From assembly GCF_009914755.1 (NCBI RefSeq), contig NC_060927.1: a stretch of DNA of 64,000 nucleotides, one strand, 5' to 3'. Numbering within the stretch: the stretch's first letter is position 1; every line of letters starts with the position of its first letter. The position numbers were made by a program, and so were the translations under genes. The notes beneath the pieces are model-generated. The model had not been told where the DNA came from, searched no databases, and worked only from the letters and a program-made list of their open reading frames with translations. This DNA comes from the human T2T-CHM13v2.0 reference genome, Homo sapiens. Of the stretch, positions 36,430 to 51,271 are shown in pieces.

Positions 36430-36839
36430 GTGAAAATCAAGAAAGAATGCTATATTTATTTTTCTTGGTTTATATATCATATATCTTAATTTATTTATCA
36501 TTACATAAGTCAAAATAAAACAATTTTTGTAGGCATTAAAAACTCTAGCTTTAGGCACCATACCAAGAGAATGATTGACAGTGACTCACAGGCATAAGGC
36601 TCAATTCAAGACAGAAAGAGCCAAGTCACAATACTGAAAAATAGCCAAGAGTCGGGGAATCTAGGAAATATCAGAAACCAGAAGATAGGTACGTGGTTAT
36701 GACTCAGAGAGCAATCTGCTGTTACCTATGTAGGCACCACAGCAGTCAGAGAACTGGAAGAAATCAGGCAACATCCTATTGTAGGATCAAAGGGCAGTAC
36801 CATGCCCTATATCAAATCGAGGCTCTCTCCAGTACATTT

Positions 36840-36995
36840 ACATAACTGGGAGCAAGTTATTAAACCTCTTTCAAACCCATATTCCTCAGATATTAAATAG
36901 GGAAAATAATTCTCCTTTGAAGGTTGTTGTGAAGATTAAATGAGAAAATGAGTCTCAAGTGCTAGACACATCGTGTAAACTTAATAATGGTTATT
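36840..36995 (+). mobile_element. MIR SINE
   Basis: 'gcaagttattaaacctct...ggttgttgtgaagattaaatgaga'. Confidence 0.65.
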
Positions 36996-37002
36996 TTCTG
37001 CA

Positions 37003-38650
<1,648 letters not shown>

Positions 38651-39328
38651 TACAGTTTAACCTTAAAGCAAGAATGACAATAGCCCTTCCCAAAACTAAA
38701 TCACCTTTGTAAAACAAATGAAAGGCCACAAGGTTAGGATTCTGAGAGAGGCCTGAACTCTGTTGAAATGTGGGCGTAGTTTCTATAATCCCTAATGCTC
38801 AGGAGTCATGCGTCCACAGGTTACAAGATTTGTGACTTCCCCAATTACTCCTACAGATAAGATCACTGTTTTGGAACCTAAAGCTGGTTTTTTGAGATGT
38901 CTCTCAGACTGACGCCACCCAGACTCCTGGCTCTTGACTCAACCAATCCTGTGGACTCAGCACACAAGGACTGTTTTCCATACCCCTATGATTTCATCCC
39001 CAATCAGTCAACATTCCTCATTCCCTAGTCCCCTGCCCACCAAACTATCCTTGAAAACACCTACCCTCTGAGCCTTCAGGGAGATTGATTTGAGTAATAA
39101 CTCTGCCTCCTGCAGTGAGCCGAGGCGTGGCTGGCCGCGCATCAACTAAACTCTTTCTTTACTATTAGTACCATGCCGTGGTCCCAGAGAATTTATTTTG
39201 TCTGTGCAGAAGGCAGGAAGAACTCATCTGGCAACTATAATTCTTAAAAACCTAGTAAAATTAGGCGAGTCTTTAATTTTCAGCAAATTGTGGTAGAGGG
39301 AACACCACTGTCTTTTTGTTCTCTGTAT

Positions 39329-39330
<2 letters not shown>

Positions 39331-39360
<30 letters not shown>

Positions 39361-39641
39361 GAGATGGAGTCTCACTCTGTCTCCCAGGCTGAAGTACAGT
39401 GGCGCGATCTCAGCTCACTGCAACCTCCGCCTCCCAGGTTCGAGAGATTCTCCTACCTCAGTCTCTTGAGTGGCTGGGATTACAAGTGCGCACCACCATG
39501 CCTGGCTAATGTTTGTATTTTTAGTAGAGACGGGGTCTCACCATGTTGGCCAAGCTGGTGTCAAAGTCTTGACCTCAAAAGATCCACTTGCCTTGGCCTC
39601 CCAAAGTGCTGGGATTACAGGATAAGCCACTGAGCCCAGCC
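39331..39641 (-). mobile_element. AluS-like
   Basis: Antisense Alu; TSD 'ttctctg(t/c)att'. Confidence 0.93.
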
Positions 39642-42600
39642 TTCTCTGCATTTCTTTTCTACATGTAAAAACTTCATGACTAAACTTTCCTCATGGATGT
39701 TACATTGTTTTTACTCAGCTTTCTACCTGACTCTCTACATAGGTGTTGGCCATTTTCATGAGCTTGGCCATCCAGATAGAATATGTAGTTTATACCATTC
39801 CAGAGGCACCAATTATTTTCTGCTTTATTTACTGCACAGTTTTGGGATCCATGCATGTGATGAGGGAGGCTGAAAGCTCCCATTTCCAGGCACACAAACC
39901 TTGAAGGTCCAGTCCTATGCTGTGTGAGGCTCCTCTTCCTTGCCTCTGGTAAAACTCCTCTCTTTTGACTGAGTAAACTACCCTTAAATCATCATGTGTT
40001 CTTCCTCTTCAGTTGTTAAACTCAAAGTTTGGTGATCTTTGCATTTAGACATGTGTTATGTAAATATCTTTTATTTCTCATAACTCTGGCTCTTGCTCTA
40101 ATAAACTTTCACTTTCATTATTTATATATATGAATGAATTGACTTTTTTTTTCCAACTTTATCAATTCCTCTCTTGAGGCAATTCATGCCCACACTACAT
40201 GATGAGCATCAAGACCTTTTGGGAAGATGGTAGCAAACTTCAGATATCATCCCCCAAATTTATTCTATCACATTTGTCCCTCAATTTCCCCTTTAAAGAA
40301 CATTTATTTTAATCCATTTCTAACTGCTAGAATTTGGGATCTATTGTCTTTGTTTAGAGTTCATTTATCTAAAACCTCTCCCATGACTGGCTAAGATTTT
40401 GTGGGTAACTGAAAGTTTTCTCACCTCCCTCCACTGGAGTTCACTGTGTATTTATGCAAAAGGCTCTCTTTCCTCCCGTTGCTATATCCCCAAACTTTCG
40501 TAATTTATCCCAACCTCAGGATGTTTAGCCTGGGCTGGGCTTTGCAAAAAGATTAAGATCATCTATTTTTTGTTTTTTAAGTCAGGAGTTCATTTGGGTT
40601 GATGGCTCAGCTCAACTCTCCCACACACTCTGTTTTGACAACACTTATGATTAGAGATATCACAGCCAGAATTGGCTTTCTTGCACTTAAAAGAGGTTCA
40701 GTGTATCTAGCATGCAGATTCTATAATACAAACATTAAAATCAACTTCAGTCTCTCTCCTTTTACCCAGGACATCTTTCACTTCCAAAGATAAGTTTGCT
40801 CTAAGCAAACTTACAAACTGCAAGCCATGTTACAGGTGTGTATGATGTAGGGAATCTTTGATATTCTGATTAGATCATCCAGGTAGAGTTTGAATTTTCA
40901 ATCACAGTCAGTGGTGCAAAAGTGGACATTTTACAATTTCATCATCATCAGTAACCTTACTCTCTACTTCTCCACCCTTCCTCCTGCTCTCCAATTTCTA
41001 CTAAAGGTCCTGAATATAATCTGAACAATTAAAACTAAACTCAGCTGCTTATGAGATTTTCTCTGTTTCTGATGAGTAAGTAGCCAATTCCAGACTGTTT
41101 TCATTCCCTTCACCTTTTTTCCTCTAGGAGATGACATAAATGATTTTGGGAGAGGGGGTTCAATTTCCATCAGTATACACTGAGAAGCAGGTGCTTCTCT
41201 TTCTTTTTCTCACTTTCTCTGGGTCCTATAGTGGAGGTCTAATGCTATGTGTTCAGCCTCCAGCCTGCCTGCACCCACTGCCACAGCATCCACATCCCCC
41301 TCTACTTTTCCTCTGTCGTGACTAAGCAGGCCACTCTACATCCTGTTTATTTTACCTATAAAGTCTGTCCAAACCACTAATCAGCTCTCTTGTGCCTCTC
41401 TCAAGGACACAGAAAACGTTCTGAAATTCTGTGCTAGTGCAACATTGTAAGAAACTTGAAATAGGTTGTACTCTCCATCTCTGATTAAACATCTCTGACT
41501 CTACTCTTCAATTGCTAGACAATGATGACTTTGGTTGACTTTATACTGAGATTTACCTTCAGGCTTGTGCTCCCTCAGGCTTCATAGAAAACTTGTATCC
41601 TTTGTTTCAAGACCTCTGCCAAATCTATCTGGCCTCTGCATTTTACACTATCCAGAGCTTGGCTGGGAGTGAGGGTAGGACACAATGTGCCCTCTCAGTT
41701 ACTGTCACTTTCTAAACTCTATCCTCTTCGCCTCTGCTAATGCTCTTCCCTCTCACTTATTAAACCTCATCGCCATTGGTGTGGGAAAATACTCTTATCT
41801 CAGCATGCATTTTTTTCCCCTAACTTTATCCTCAGGACTCCATCTTCAGCCATCTCCAGAGGCTTAGCCTTTTGTAGCTCAAAAATCCTTTGTGTTCTCA
41901 AAAAGCTTGGCTCTTATAAGACTTGGCTTTCAAAATGCCTGGCTCACAAGATTTAACAGATTTCCTAGGAACTCAATTGATTTCCTCTTTCTCAGCCGCA
42001 TTTGCCCTCCCTGGAGAGGATAAAAGCTATTTAACTTGATGGGTGGAGATCTGAGCAACAACCTAAAAGTGTAGAAAGAACAAAACAGTTATTATCTCCT
42101 CCAGGTTTTATCCCACAAGAAACACAGAGTGTCAGGTACTTGGTAGCTGCTCAAAAAAGTATAGTTTCCCCAAATTTTCCTCACACTATTAAATAAGACA
42201 TCTGCATTATTCTTAAGATCTCTAATGCTTATAATAAGAGTCAAATGTCCATTTCTTTCCTAAACATTCTCCCAGAAAATGGGGAATACCTTTTTCTACT
42301 AGATGGTCATTTATCCTAATCACAACCCCTAAGCTTATAAACAAACAAATGAAAAGCAATGTCAACACAGAAAAAGAAAAAAATGCATATTCTAAATGTC
42401 ACAACTGAAAACTTATAGTAACTTCAAATCCTACCATGTCCAGTATATAGTTTGTGTGATCTATGGTTAGCTGATGGCTACAAAGGCTACAGTGCATAGA
42501 TAATATGGTCTCTTTTGAGGTGTGGTCTACTTCCTTTTGTCTGTTATCCCCATGTATTGCTCAGTTTTTATTACTCTTACTTATAGCATTCTAAACGAAG

Positions 42601-42814
42601 TGAGAGTAGCTGTCTATCTCCTGTAGTGCTATGTATTTCCAGTCATCATCCAGAACAACAAAAACTGTATCTGGTTTGTATTAGTTAGGATTGAAGCTCA
42701 GTTGCGGTCACAAAGGGTTCAAACAATACTGTGGTTCAAAGGAGTTTGTTTCTTACACTACAGTCCAGCAAGAAACAGGCAGGGCACTACAGGTAGGTAA
42801 CTCTGCTCCATGAG

Positions 42815-43296
42815 GGGGTAAGGGAGAAGGGAAATCTCCTTTGCCCTCTGAAGGTTCACTGAAAAATCAACTCACAAAAAGGCAGAATAATTGGAGAAAA
42901 GGCAAACAAATGTTATTAACGTGTACACAGGGAGAACCACAGAGTGACTATCCATGCCGCCATCTATTTCAGAAGCTTATATACTGTCCTGGCAAATCAA
43001 GTTATGGAAGGCAGGAGAAGAGGAATGAGATTGAGAATATTTCTAGGGAGAATGAATGAATCAGGGAGCAGACATTGCACATTATCTTATGAAAGGGTCT
43101 GTTCAAGCGTGGCTACATTCTTGGTCTTACAGAGAACAGGGGAGAAAATTGTTCCTTTTGGTGGGTCTGGATCTTACTTAGGCAGGTAAAAGATTTGGGG
43201 AGACAATGGTGGGGGAAGGTCAGAGAGACCTTGAGGCTTCTTCAATTCAGCATGTCAAAGCACCATACTTTGGGGTATGGTTTCTGACACACAACA
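42815..43296 (-). mobile_element. ERV1 solo LTR (MER31/MER34-like)
   Basis: Minus strand begins 'tgttgtgtgtcagaaaccataccccaaagtatggtgctttgacatgctgaa'. Confidence 0.65.
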
Positions 43297-43323
43297 AGGT
43301 CATTCAGGGACACAGCTTCCTTC

Positions 43324-44252
43324 TGAGAACTAAAAATAAAATCCTACACCCACCCCCTAACCCCTAACCAACTGATTGGGCTCACTCTCAGCCAAGGGGA
43401 CTCCAGAGAAACCTTAAAAACTGAGTTCCTGGCCATAACTGGACAGGCGGTTGGATATGCCTATTTATAGCCCCTTCCTTTTGTGGTTTAGACATACAAG
43501 TGAGCAGCATTAATGTAAAAATAGAGATGATAAGACAGGCAGAATGGGCTCTTTCTGACAAAAAGACACCAAGTTATAAACAAGACCTAAGGCCACTGCA
43601 GGCAAAAGTTACATCATGCACCCCTACACTTAAAGAATAAACTATGTACTCACTGCCACGAGGATTTTCTTTTTCTCTAGCAGCTAAATAAGCACTGGCC
43701 TTGAGATAAACAGTATTGAAACAATTGCAGCTCATCCACTTCCAGGCACTGACTCACTGATTCCCCTGTTCCACAAGCCAGAACTATAGCTTTGATTAGA
43801 CCAGAGACTGATTTCAGTAACTTTCTCCTGATAAGAGACCACCCACATGGACAGGTTCTGGCTTATTTACCGAGGCTTTGCACTGAATGCCTTCATGTCC
43901 CCACTTCACATTTTGACATATAGGGCCTAATTGTCATGCATTTAAATGTTAAGTCTCTACCCCAAAGTGAATATGGGACAAATGTAACATATATGTTTGT
44001 TCAGTTTGCATGTGTTAAGACCCCCTTCATGAATATTCAGAGCTATAACCTGTTGGATAGACTTGATCAAGGCATTCTGTATAAATTCCTATTTCATCCT
44101 TCCCTCCCTCCAAGTGCCTGCCAATGGCCTCTGCCAGGGGCTATGCTTTCCAGCCTGTCAGAATGGCCACCTTGCAAGCTGTAACCCTTTATAAGAAATA
44201 GTCTCCTTTCCAAATTTATAGATATTGTGATTTATAGATTTTTTTTAGTTCA
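43324..44252 (+). mobile_element. ERV1 solo LTR (MER4-group)
   Basis: TG...CA termini; 'aactaaaaataaaatcct...gccaagggga ctccagagaaaccttaaaaactgag'. Confidence 0.7.
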
Positions 44253-44327
44253 TGCTTCTATCCGATGGCTTCACCAGCCTATGCAATTGTATCCACATCT
44301 AAAAGGACAAATATTATTTACATCCTT

Positions 44328-44831
44328 TGATACAGTTTGGATACTTGTCCCTGCCCAAATCTTATGTTGAATTGTAAACCCTAATGCTGGAGATGGGGCC
44401 TAGTGGACGTTGTTTGGATCATGAGAGTGGATCCCTCCAGGCTTGGTGCTGTCTTTGCTGTAGTGAGTGAGTTCTCCAGAGATCTGGTCATTGAAAGGTG
44501 TGTGGCACCTCCCCCAACCCTACTCTCCCTCTTGGTCCCGCTTTTACCATGTGATGTGCCTGCTCCCCCTTCACCTTCCACCATCATTGTCAGCTTCCTA
44601 AGGCTTCCCTAGAAGTTGTGCAGATGCCAGCACCATGCTTCCTGTAAAGCCTGCAGAATCGTGAGCGAATTAAATCTTTTTTTTTTTTTTCTTTTTTTGG
44701 TGGTGGTGACGGGGAGTGTGGGTGTTTGTTTGCTTTTATTTTCCTGCCTTCTGCCTTTTGAAACCTCTTTTCTTTATAAATTTCCCAGTCTCAGGTATTT
44801 CATTATTGCAATGCAAGAATGGCCTAATACA
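44328..44831 (+). mobile_element. MST (MSTA/B-like) solo LTR carrying a short retroposed insert
   Basis: 'tgatacagtttggat...ctaataca' termini. Confidence 0.85.
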
Positions 44832-45183
44832 CCCTCCACATCCACATTATCAGTTTCAGGAAGGAGAGAAGAGAGAGTGCAAAAGGCCTCCTCTTTTAAC
44901 CACATGAAGCACATGTCCATTCCACTCCTTTCCATTTGCTAGAATTTAGTCCCACCATCAATCCTGACTGCAAGTGAAAATGAGACATATAGTCTCTAAC
45001 TGGTAGCCAAGGCCCCAGCTAAAACTCAGTATGTTCTATAACTAAAAGAAATAAGAGGAAGATTTCTATAGCAGGACAAATAGAAGCCTCCGGCCCCAGC
45101 TGTTGGTGTTAACAACTGAAGTCCAGAGGTTTTCTTCCTGCTTCACTCAGCAAGAAAAGGTCTGAGCACAAACAACTGTAGCT

Positions 45184-45402
45184 CAGTATTTGTCACCCTG
45201 GTACTATTGACACTGTAGGTCAGATAATTCTTTATTGGTGGGCTGGAGGATATTCTGGGCATTGTTATATATCTAGCAGCATCCCTGGCCTCTACCCACT
45301 ACATGCTAAGAGCACCCCCTACTCCAGCTGTGACAACGAAAAATGTCTCCAGATATTGCCAAATTTCCCCTGGGATTAAACTGGTTCTAGCTGACGACCA
45401 CT
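45184..45402. mobile_element. MER20 hAT DNA transposon
   Basis: 'agcagcatccctggcctctacccactacatgc...aaaatgtctccagatattgccaaat'. Confidence 0.8.
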
Positions 45403-46525
45403 ACTCTACCTATAAGATGCTATCTCAGGGAGTCTATTCTTTTAAGGAATCTCCCCTTTGTTTTTAAATATGATATCCCTGAATGCTAGAATCTTCCATA
45501 GGTGTCAAGTTAATCCTATTCCCCTAGCCTTTTGACTCACTCAACAAATAATCTATTAAACACATACTAAATAAAGACTTCATGCTGATTGATGAGACGA
45601 TATGGAGAGGAATTAGGAACCACATCCTTAGAGCTTCATAGTTTCATAAAGAAGATAATACATGCAAAGAATTATATGGGCTATAAAAAAATAGATATTG
45701 ACATATAATAGCAATAATACATGACTGAAAGTGAGACATGCCCCTCATATTACTAACTTCTTTAGAATGTTCCTAAGTCCAGCGTGGGTCAATGCACAGT
45801 TTTTATTTTATTTGCTGTTGGGATGATTAACACATAAACCTTGTGTTTTTCCTACATTTGCATCTTAAGATGTTCATCTTTAACCCTCTGGAAACTGGTC
45901 TCATTAATCCAAGTATTCCCTCACTGCTGTTACATATTGATTAGTAAAATAAAAAGATGTGGTTGTCTGAAGATCTACTTAAGGCTACAATGCTTCATAT
46001 TTTAGTCTGGGGTCATTGGTTGTAAGTAACAGAGACTCACATAGAGCATATTAGGTAAAATCCAAAAACCTATTAAAAGAGTATAGGGTCTATTTTTCAC
46101 TATAAATATAGATCTTTAAAATATAAAACAAAATCCTTTCATCTAGTATCAGGATTTTTTTTAACTGATGGTAAATGTTAATTACTGTAAGAAACTTCCA
46201 TCTTTCATTTAATTTTTATCACTTTAGAAAATCTAATCAGTATCTTTACACTAATTTTACTTGTCTTGTTAGATGAGTTAGTAAGGCTGGTAAATAATTT
46301 ATAATAACCAGGTCTTATTAAAAATCTAATCCCTTTAGGTATCTAAATTTCTTGTTTTTTCTCTTCTACCCTGGATGTCTGTATTTTGAAGAATTAGACT
46401 TTGGAAGTACAGTGGACATAAAACCACTCTTTCCACTCTGCCTCACTCAACCTTAACAAATCTGCCCATGCCCTGTAATTAGAGATTCTGCTCCCAGATA
46501 AACTCCTAAATGAACAAGGATCACA

Positions 46526-46832
46526 TGCTATGTCCTGAATGTAGATTTTCTTTCAAAATTCTTATGTTGCAACCTAATACTCAGTGTGGTACTATTAAGA
46601 AGTAGGGCCTTTATGAAGTGATTAGGATAAAATTGATAATCTTATAAAAGAAGGTGGAGGAAGCCTCTAGCCTCTTCTGCCATTGGCATAATCTATAAAA
46701 AATGAGCCTTCACTGGACACCGAATCTTAATTTTGAGCTTCCCAGACTCCACAACTATGAGCAATACATTTCTGTTGTTTATAAATTATTCTAAGGTATT
46801 TTGTTGTAGCAGCCTGATCAGACTAAGCTACC
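46526..46832 (+). mobile_element. MaLR solo LTR (MLT1A/MST-like)
   Basis: 'tgctatgtcctgaatgt...cttcccagactccacaactatgagcaatacatttctg'. Confidence 0.7.
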
Positions 46833-47639
46833 ACACAATCCATCTCTTTAGCCACAGCAGATAGAATAGAAGGAGGGTTTAATACCAGACCAATAACAGG
46901 GCAATTAATTAGTTTCTTTCTCAAAGGAAGTTCTTGAAGATTAAATGAGGATGATCCCTTATTTTCTGCTACGTAATGAGCAAAGAAGATGTCAATCTAA
47001 AGGATAGAGCAAAATAAGAGACTTCTTAGGGGACCAGACATACACTCCTGGAAGTTTGAATGTATATGTAAATGTAGTGACTCAAACTGTTTCTTACCCG
47101 GAAGACTGAGAAGACTAAAAGCTTGCTAGATTACTCCATATCAGCAAATATATAAGAAGCAAAAGCAATGTAACTTTTATTAGCCTGGCAAAGACATGCA
47201 AGTTTTTCATTGATCAAGGGGAATTAGGCTTGAACCATTTTACTAGTCCTCAGTTCAGAGACCCATCACCTAAGTAAGATGATCATAGAAGCACAAGTTG
47301 GAGCTGCTGAGTGGCTCAAAAACGTCTGCTTGAAAACACAAGACCCAGATAACTCTGCATCAAGGAGACTTCCTACAGGTCCTCCAAGGAACTCATACGT
47401 GTTGCCCATGCAGGCCACTGTAAGGAGACTTGTTACCTACATGACGTCAAAGACCAGGGACTACAGCAACATGAATCTGACCTTAGAGGAATCTGAGAGC
47501 AGAAGAGAAAGGAGGGTATAATCTTAAGGCAGAAAAGGCTTTGAATTAGAATTTTCAGTGAAGTTTTTCTAATAACTGAATATGACCACACTTATCCACA
47601 TGATTGTGGAGACTGGCAGATATCAGAAGACTTACCCAA

Positions 47640-49700
47640 AGATGTAATTTCCAACATGTCCCAGCTAGTAATTTCAAATGGGAGCAGCCTGAAAGCTGAG
47701 TTTAGACAATTTTGACTTCAATAACTCCTTAGAATTGTGCATTAGAAGGAGACAAAATAGGGATCTACCTGACAGGGATGCAATAGCCTCTAAGACTGGG
47801 ATGGGTTGTTGGAAAAAAGAATAGTATTAAATACAATTATAAGACACTAGATCATTTATAAAGTATGGTTAAAAAATCATGATACCATACGAAAGACCTT
47901 GTAATCATCACAGAACTGACTTTTGGAGTCCAAATGACTACTGAAAAATCTAGAAATAAAATAGATATTGACTATTATATACTAAACAAATGGCCTAAGT
48001 CCGACCGATATACCTTGTTGTTAGTATGCCCTGGGCTTTCTAGTAGAGACAGTAGTTATTGTTAGTTTCAAAGAATGGCTATTAGGAGGCCAGAACAGGT
48101 ATGAAGAATTTAGTATTCATTTGTTCAGAATAATTTTTTCCTATCCTAAAACAATGGATTGGGGTTTCTCCAGATACCATTTACTACCAGTGACTGATTT
48201 ACAAGTGTTAGAATATTTAGATAATGTGATTGTATTTGGGAAGACTTTGGAGAAAAAAAAAAAACTAAATCCTTAGAGTGACAGACTATCTCAATGAGTC
48301 AGAATTGAATATGTTCCCTAAGAAGTAGGGTTCTGTTCTGTTGTGCCTGCGCCTATTCGTCTGCTAACTTTACAGTAGATATAGTTTCTCATCAGAGCAA
48401 CTGTTGTCCTTATCTGCTGGCCTCCTTTCAGGAGATTTAGAGAAGTAAAGATGCTCTGAAAGTTTAGCTGGTGTTTCATGCTGTCAGTGAAAGATTACAC
48501 CTGGATCCTCATTCATTTGACTTGTAAGCATTTGATTAGCACAAAGCTCCCTCCCATGTGTTCAAAGATGCCCATAGTGGCTGTGGGAGAGAGACGAGTG
48601 ACCCTATCACCTCCAGGGAAGCTTGGAGTAGGTAGTCTAAACCCTCAACCAGGTGTTCTCCCCCTTAGCTGACTATTAGAACAACCTGGTGAGGTATTTT
48701 TTTTTTAATTCAGAAATTCCAATTCAAGTAATCGATTTTCCTTTTAAGGCTTCCCCAGGTGACTCTAATATTTAGTGAGATTAAGCATGTTTGTCTTAAT
48801 CAAACATCTCAATTTAAATTCTGCTGACTTTAATAACCATTGCACATCACACATTGATGGTGGCTCAGAAGTTGAAAGAGTGGTAATATACTTTTAAAAA
48901 TTTAATAATTGGAGAATGGAAACTCTGGCATTTGCTAGTCCTTGACTAAAAGCTCAACCTCTTATTCACAAAGTAGACTTTTTATCGAAGAGGTGGGCTA
49001 CATGAATAAATTTAAGGTGTATGTGTTTGAAAGACCATTTTAAGAGTTGACCAGTAACAACACTCTTACTTCTTATTTATGTCCTAACTGTTCTAAATTG
49101 GGTGGGACAGTACTACAAGGTTCACTGGCTATGAGAGTTGTTGCTGGCCAAGGTTAAACCAGAGAAGGCAAATGCTCTGTTAGGCAGGTATCATCCTCAG
49201 ACACTGATACCCTCTTTAGTGAAGTAGTAAAATCTATTTGGGATGATAACTGAAAGAGCCTCACACAGTTGGGGTGGACAGAGACATGATTGATAATCTA
49301 GTGCTTCCACCAGAGATTCTACTAACAGCAACTGAGAATTAAGCAACTTGAAATCTAGCCTCCTTCTAGGTGGAAATGAAGGACTGATAATAGGGCCTTT
49401 GAGGCAGATTTGGAGGTATGGATCAGAGTGGAGCGAGAAAGGTAAGCATTCTAGCAAACTGTATCTACATCTTCCCCAAAAGTAGGAGAACCTTATTCAG
49501 AGCATGAAATAAATGATCACCAATTAATGGTATATGATATAGTGTCATCATGCCCAAGGCATTAGTTATGGAAGCAGTTGGTCTTGGCCAGAAATACTGC
49601 TCCATTGTGCTGAGAATGAAGCATAATAATTTCCTCTAGGGAGGAAACATGCCAGAATCAATCATATTGTAGGATACAGCAGCTAATGTTCACACAAAAT
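47640..49700 (+). mobile_element. Decayed Ty3/Gypsy retrotransposon internal region (RT, RNase H, integrase N-terminus)
   Basis: Collinear translated remnants VVGKKNSIKYNYKTLD (47805), YLDNVIVFGKTLE (48214), ADFNNHCTSHIDG (~48823), IHKVDFLSKRWA (48964), TSNNTLT (49050), ANAL (49168), KQLVL (49572). Confidence 0.7.
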
Positions 49701-51271
49701 GTGACTATTTTCTCAGAGAAAAATATTATCCAGCAAATCAGTGTATCTGGGAATGACTCAGCCATTACACTCTATAATCAGTATGCATTGACTTTCCTGT
49801 GTTTAGAATCAGAGAGGCAAAATCTGGACAACTTTCTCCAAGTTATGAATCAGTTTATAATTTCTATGCCCAGATAATTCCAACCTGAAATTTTCCACTT
49901 GTTTTCTTTCCAACCAAAGCAATTTTATTTTATTTTTAGTCAATCTGGAAATATTTTTATCAATTCATCTCCACCAAGTATAAACTTGGTGGAGATCAAA
50001 AGTTCCTATCATTCCATAGGAGGTCCATGCCAAAGAGACTTAACAAGTTTATTAATCATATGGGAACTCTCCTAGGAGGCAGAAAATACAATAGGTTTTC
50101 AAGTCAGGGCATCCAATGTCACTAAGAGTGTTGCTACTAGATTCCCTCTTTGACTCTTAATGGAATTACCAGAGCCTTATGCCCCTCCATGGCTGTTTGT
50201 AGGCTGCTTCTCCTAAGTTGCAGGAGAAGCTATAAGGGGTTTGTCTACCATCTTTTATGTTGATTTATCACAGCAATTATATAGAAAAACATTAAAGATG
50301 CCCTGTTACAAAGCCTGTAGAATTTAGTTTCAAATAAGCATAAAATACTTGATAGGTAAAATGGAATCCCATGTCTGAAAGTATATCAACTGGGTTTTCA
50401 TCTTGCATATATGGTGGAGCCAGAGACCCAGAGACGAGGAGTGGAGCTATCAAGCAGTTCTTAAAAACCATTTGTCAATCAGGAAGCTTCACAGAAGAAG
50501 CTCTGCAACCCCACTCCCCTGACTCCCTACCCACAAACTCCCAAAATTTACATAAAACTCATGACTCAATGGTCCAAATGAGGGCAATAAGAGTTCCCAT
50601 TTTCTTCTCCATTAGCAAGGAAGAGGAGAAAGAAGGTGTTGTCCTCTCCTTAAGAGTAGTTCCAGTGTATCCTCTACTTTGAGTAAAGGTGAGAAACATA
50701 CTATCATAACACCGAGATGTCATGAATGCTCCTCTAAAGACCTTATTCTCCAAGCAGAAGAGTTGAAGCCCACTGGATCAACCCACTGCATGCAGGACAA
50801 CAATGAGAAATGCATCATGAGAAAAAAGTTGGCTTCTCATGTAGAAGGAATCTGGATATTCACCCAACATCATGGTGGCAGCAAGAGTTCTTTGTGCCAT
50901 CTCACGTTTCCATTCTGCCTGGCATGCTATTCATGAGCACTGGTTCTGTGTAAGCAATGGTTTCAGACATTGGTGATGAGTAGATAAATACTCGTTAAGT
51001 CCCTGACTACTAGTGGATCACATTATAGAGAGGGAAGAAGTAAAAGTTATTATAAAATGTGCTATACCAGCTATAGCAGAGGTATTGAAAAGACACTAAA
51101 GAGAGCAGAGAAAAAGGGAGATTTAACTGTATATGGGAAAGAGGTAGAAAGGTTTTACAGGGAATGCCTCATGATGTAGCTGTCACTTGAACTGAATCAC
51201 AAAGGAACAATATTTCCCAGATATACAAAGAGAATAATATTCTATGTCCAAAAACAAACAAGCAGGATTAA

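Larger units (their letters stand above)
42676..45100 (-). mobile_element. Old MLT1-type LTR split by three younger LTR insertions
   Basis: MLT1-like pieces at ~42676-42814, 43297-43323, 44253-44327 and 44832-45100 read continuously once the inserts are removed. Confidence 0.55.

Noticed and set aside
39111-39125. Alu-like 15-mer 'tgcagtgagccgagg' inside the LTR8-like element
   Set aside because: Too short to separate a templated insertion from chance without a consensus alignment
49990-50936. Possible processed pseudogene in unique-looking sequence
   Set aside because: Manual translation of part of both strands gave no recognisable protein, poly-A tail or TSD
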